Positions 60,440-64,000 of a stretch of DNA of 64,000 nucleotides are shown one piece after another. The stretch comes from Nitrospinales bacterium. GTDB taxonomy: Bacteria > Nitrospinota > Nitrospinia > Nitrospinales > VA-1. Both the position numbers and the translations under genes were made by a program. How positions within the stretch are numbered: position 1 is the first letter of the stretch; every line of letters starts with the position of its first letter. The notes beneath the pieces were generated by a model. That model was not told where the DNA came from. It worked only from the letters and a program-made list of their open reading frames with translations, and ran no database searches. Where the stretch lies: contig CBDCXL010000002.1 of assembly GCA_965223795.1 (NCBI GenBank), forward strand, positions 2,784,001 to 2,848,000. The letters run 5' to 3'.

Positions 60440-61267
60440 ATGAAACCGCGATCGGTCTCCATCGAAAAGGCGTCCGGCGAGCCGGAACGCTTTTCCGTCG
60501 AAAAGCTCAGCCAGTCGCTCAAACACGCGGGCGCGTCCAAAAAGGCGGCGCGGAGGATCATCGAGGAAGTGCGGCGGCAGATCTACCCCGGCATGCCCAG
60601 CCGCAAAATCTTCCGGCTGGCGTTCAACCTGCTGCGCAAGGAATCGCGGCAGGTGGCGGCGCGCTACAGCCTGCGGCGCGCCATCATGAGCCTGGGGCCC
60701 AGCGGCTATCCGTTCGAAAAATTCATCGGCGCGCTGTTTTCCCACAGCGGTTATGAGACCAAGACCGGCGTGACCCTGCCCGGCGCCTGCGTGTCGCACG
60801 AAGTGGACGTGGTGGCCACCAACGCCGACCACCGGCTTTTGGTGGAGTGCAAGTACCACAACCGCGACGGCGTGAAATGCGACGTCAAGACCGCGATGTA
60901 CGTGTACGCACGCTCGCTCGACCTCAAAAACAACCTCGACGGCGAAACATTCTCCGAATTCTGGCTGGTCACCAACACCAAGTTCACCACCGACGCCACC
61001 GACTACGGCCGCTGCGTCGGCCTCAAGATGCTGAGCTGGACCTATCCCGAAGGCGACACCCTGCAGCACTGGATCGAGCGGCGGGAGGTGCATCCCATCA
61101 CCTGCCTCACCACGCTGAAGCGGCAGCAGAAAAAGGCGCTGCTCAAGAACAACGTGGTGCTCTGCCACGAACTGCTCGACAACCCGCGCCACCTGGAGGA
61201 AATCGGCGTCAAGCAGAATCAGACCCGCCGCATTCTCAAGGAAGTCGAAGGCGTGATGGAGATATGA
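60440..61267 (+). CDS. ATP-cone domain fused to Mrr-like restriction endonuclease domain
   Basis: IEKASGEPERFSVEKL, GPSGYPFEKF, HEVDVVA..VECKYH, LVTNTKFT. Confidence 0.85.
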   Translation: MKPRSVSIEKASGEPERFSVEKLSQSLKHAGASKKAARRIIEEVRRQIYPGMPSRKIFRLAFNLLRKESRQVAARYSLRRAIMSLGPSGYPFEKFIGALFSHSGYETKTGVTLPGACVSHEVDVVATNADHRLLVECKYHNRDGVKCDVKTAMYVYARSLDLKNNLDGETFSEFWLVTNTKFTTDATDYGRCVGLKMLSWTYPEGDTLQHWIERREVHPITCLTTLKRQQKKALLKNNVVLCHELLDNPRHLEEIGVKQNQTRRILKEVEGVMEI

Positions 61268-61286
61268 ATTTCAGGGAAAAGAATTG

Positions 61287-61404
61287 GACGGGATGAACAG
61301 GATGAAGGCGGGATAAAATCAGAAAAACTTGGGTTCGCGCTAAGCCGCAAAGGCGCAAAGAAAAGCAAAGGCGATAGAACCGTAAAGACGCAGAGGACGC
61401 AAAG
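61287..61404 (+). repeat. Repeat array (motifs A,B,B), left flank of cargo
   Basis: gacgggatgaacaggatg..gggataaaa; tcgcgctaagccgcaaaggcgcaaag; cgtaaagacgcagaggacgcaaag. Confidence 0.82.
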
Positions 61405-61452
61405 AAAAACAGACAAAGGAAAGTTTTTCCTAAATAAGCAAACGAGGGAATT

Positions 61453-61968
61453 TTGAGCGCCAGCAATGAAAGATTGAAACTATTCTCTGTTCCATCTAGA
61501 AAAATGATTTTGATGTCTTGTTCTACATGTACTATGTATTGTTTTTATTGGATATATAAAAATTGGCAAAGTATCCTAAAATTTAAAAATACTCAATCCA
61601 CCCCTCTTAACAGAACATTGCTTTATCCTTTTTATAACTTCACTCTTTTTAATGAAATTAAATCTATAGCAAACAAAAATAATATAAACGTTTGGTGGAC
61701 CTCGCCATTAATCGCAATTTCATTTCTCATAATCCTAATTGGATTTTTTTTCCCCTACACATGGATGATTTCAATTTTTGCGGGGGTAATATTTTTGCCG
61801 GTAAATAATGTTTGTACGAGGATAAATGAAGTTAATGGGTTTGGAGAACGTTCTCAAGAGGGTTTTCATAAAATAGATTGGATCATTTTATTTTTAGGTG
61901 GAATAAATGTAGTAGCGGCAGTTATTAAAACCATTCGACTTTCTGGAGTTTTACCTGCTTTAATCTAA
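61453..61968 (+). CDS. AT-rich membrane protein (DUF4234-like)
   Basis: TCTMYCFYWIYKNW motif, 4-5 TM segments, composition unlike the host. Confidence 0.65.
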   Translation: MSASNERLKLFSVPSRKMILMSCSTCTMYCFYWIYKNWQSILKFKNTQSTPLNRTLLYPFYNFTLFNEIKSIANKNNINVWWTSPLIAISFLIILIGFFFPYTWMISIFAGVIFLPVNNVCTRINEVNGFGERSQEGFHKIDWIILFLGGINVVAAVIKTIRLSGVLPALI

Positions 61969-62030
61969 AGTTATGTTGACAGAGGGTTTCCCGGTTAGGA
62001 ATTCACTTGCACTAAACGGAAATTTTCATT

Positions 62031-62228
62031 CCCCCTCACCCAGCCCTCTCCCTCCAGGGGAGAGGGTTTGTTTTTATCTACCAATTTCGGTAATCGCTAA
62101 AGAAACATATTATCACAGAGTCTCACCATTCTTCCTCTCCCCCTCTGGGGGGAGAGGATTGAGGTGAGGGGGGCTTTGCGTCCTTTGCGTCTTTGCGGTT
62201 ATCCTATTTTTTTTCTGTTCATCCTGTC
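62031..62228 (-). repeat. Repeat array (inverted C pair, B, A), right flank of cargo
   Basis: C at 62031-62066 and 62134-62173; B at 62174-62198; A at 62215-62228. Confidence 0.85.
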
Positions 62229-63220
62229 TGATTCTTTCCTTCCAGCAATTCCTCGATCGCGGTGGCGACGCGGTGGATGCCGCGGCCGTCGATGCACTGT
62301 TTCCCCTTCCGGCTCAGGGTTTCCCGTTCTTCCCGTTTCAGTTTGAGCAGCTCCGGGATTTTTCCGGGGTCGAAGCTGTCGGCCCGTCCGAGGTTGAGGC
62401 AGGCGCCTTTTGCGGCGAGGCCGCGGGCTTTGTCCTCCTGGTGCGGCACCTGGCTGATGGCGAACGCCGGGGTGCCGCAGGCCAGGGCTTCGTGCAGGGT
62501 GACGCCGCCGGCGCAAAAGATCGCGTCGTGCGCGTGAATCAGCTCCGCCATTTTGTCGGTGCCTGGCTCAATGTGAAAGCGGGGCCGGGCGGCGGTGGCG
62601 GTTTCCAGGGCCTCCCGGTCTTTGTATCCCGGTCCGGCGAGGAAGGTGACGGCGAGATCCTTTCCCGCTTGCGACAGAATTTCCGCCAGTCGGACAGTGA
62701 GGTGTTTGGGATCGGTGCCGCCCATGCTGACGAGCAGTGTTTCGATTTTCTCTGGAAAGATTTTTTCCTTCTGGTTGAACTCGGCGAACTCGGGCGCGAG
62801 GACGCTGTAGGGCAGGCCGAACAGGGTCTTCACGCCGGGTTCGACCTTCGCGTTCTCCGCTTCCTCCAGATTGCAGTCGATCAAAAGATCCACTTTGTTC
62901 CTGCCGCCCTTGAGGTCCTCGAAAGTCACGATCTTGTCCGCGTGCGCGCGCAGGCCGGTGATGAACGCCGCATCGGTGTCCTTCATGTCGAGGATGACGC
63001 CATCGAAACGCGCGCCCTCCGGCAGACCGGTCTCGGCCTGCACGGTGTGGACGGAAAACCCCGCGAGTTCCAGCAGCGTTTTGGAGGGTACGTGCGGCGG
63101 GATGAAAAATGCCACGTTCCAGCCTTTGCCGCGCAGCACACCCGCCAGGTGGCGCTGGCGCAGCACGTGGCCCATGCCCCAGGCGGTGGAGGCGTTGCAG
63201 CGGACGGCGATGTCAGGCAT
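62219..63220 (-). CDS. PseG/SpsG-like UDP-sugar hydrolase / glycosyltransferase
   Basis: GMGHVLR, LVSMGGTDP, AGGVTLHEALACGTP, IDGRG. Confidence 0.85.
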   Translation of the reverse strand: MPDIAVRCNASTAWGMGHVLRQRHLAGVLRGKGWNVAFFIPPHVPSKTLLELAGFSVHTVQAETGLPEGARFDGVILDMKDTDAAFITGLRAHADKIVTFEDLKGGRNKVDLLIDCNLEEAENAKVEPGVKTLFGLPYSVLAPEFAEFNQKEKIFPEKIETLLVSMGGTDPKHLTVRLAEILSQAGKDLAVTFLAGPGYKDREALETATAARPRFHIEPGTDKMAELIHAHDAIFCAGGVTLHEALACGTPAFAISQVPHQEDKARGLAAKGACLNLGRADSFDPGKIPELLKLKREERETLSRKGKQCIDGRGIHRVATAIEELLEGKNQTG

Positions 63221-64000
63221 GCGGCGTCAGGGTTTCGCGGCTTTCGGCGGCGTTGATCTTCGCCAGAATTTCACGGTCGGAATATTTGACGGCGGCTTTT
63301 TCCCGCTTGCGTCCCTTGAGCGCTCTGGGCAGACGGCCAAGCGCCTTGAAGAAAGCGATCCAGAAGCGGGATTTGAAGCGCAACAGGTCGCGCAGCAGAA
63401 ACGCCGGGATGAAGATGAGAAATTCCAGCGTGTAGTCGGGATCAAGAATGTTCTTCCAGACGAACAGGTAGTTGTTGCGGGCGGAGATGAGACCGATCTG
63501 GCGGCGTTTTTCCTGGCGGGTGATGGTGGACTGCACCTTGTGGTAGGCGATGGAAGCCGGTTCGTAGACCACGCGCCAGCCGCGTTTCTGCGCCCGGTAG
63601 GACAGGTCGATCTCCTCGTAATACAAGGGGTGGTAAAGCGTGTCGAAGCCACCCAGTTCCAGATAGCGCCGCTTTTCCACCATGAACGCGCCGCCGCAGG
63701 CGAACAGGGTCTGGCTGGTGTCGTTCGGCGCTTTCTCATACAGGTGGAAGTGGCCTTTGCGGAAATAGCCGCCGCGGTTGCCGTAGAGAAAGGTGGTTTC
63801 GTCGAAGGCGTAGATTTTGCCGCTGGCCGCGAACACCTCGCCCGCTTGATCGAAATGCCGCGCGAGATGAAACAGCGCTTCCTCGTGCAGCTTGATGTCG
63901 TTGTTCATCGGCATGACGACGGGCGAATCCGCGAGCTTCACGGCGTGGTTGTTGGCGCCCTGAAAGCCGAGGTTGCGCGGCGTCTTTTCGCGGCGGACGC
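63213..64000 (-). CDS. Glycosyltransferase family 2 (5' end outside window)
   Basis: NLGFQGANN, MNND, ACGGAF, GGFD, YYEEIDL. Confidence 0.88.
   Translation of the reverse strand, partial: VRREKTPRNLGFQGANNHAVKLADSPVVMPMNNDIKLHEEALFHLARHFDQAGEVFAASGKIYAFDETTFLYGNRGGYFRKGHFHLYEKAPNDTSQTLFACGGAFMVEKRRYLELGGFDTLYHPLYYEEIDLSYRAQKRGWRVVYEPASIAYHKVQSTITRQEKRRQIGLISARNNYLFVWKNILDPDYTLEFLIFIPAFLLRDLLRFKSRFWIAFFKALGRLPRALKGRKREKAAVKYSDREILAKINAAESRETLTPHA

Overview
A GC-rich bacterial chromosome segment. Gene content suggests a Nitrospina/Nitrospinota-like organism, but that is inference only. Most of it is housekeeping: hisBH, smpB, mtaB, fis-glmU-glmS, thiD/thiN fusion, ppiD-like, mreBCD-mrdA, uvrB, bcp, gatB, a two-component pair, mazG, hemW, era, map and a Fur-boxed iron locus (bfr, fur, porin, FMN-binding protein). 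Several AT-rich accessory inserts interrupt this backbone: a Kiwa-like anti-phage pair (5.8-7.3 kb), a three-gene wHTH/wHTH/HEPN candidate defence operon (25.8-28.1 kb) whose HEPN gene is broken by an exact 7-bp duplication, and an orphan phage tail-fibre-like gene behind a leader terminator. The strongest unexplained pattern is a set of short, oriented repeat motifs (GACAGGATnnACAGGATAAAA, CGCAAAGnCGCAAAG, CCCTCACC..CCTCTCCC..GGGAGAGG). These form inward-facing arrays around three cargo loci (7.9-8.3, 50.1-51.4, 61.3-62.2 kb). The first motif starts at or next to host-gene stop codons, and one locus encloses a scrambled GxxExxY nuclease gene, which suggests a repeat-delimited cassette system. 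GlmU also appears split into two complementary half-functional proteins. Several 1-nt frameshifts, including one in mrdA, suggest indel errors in the assembly. No tRNA, rRNA or CRISPR array was seen.
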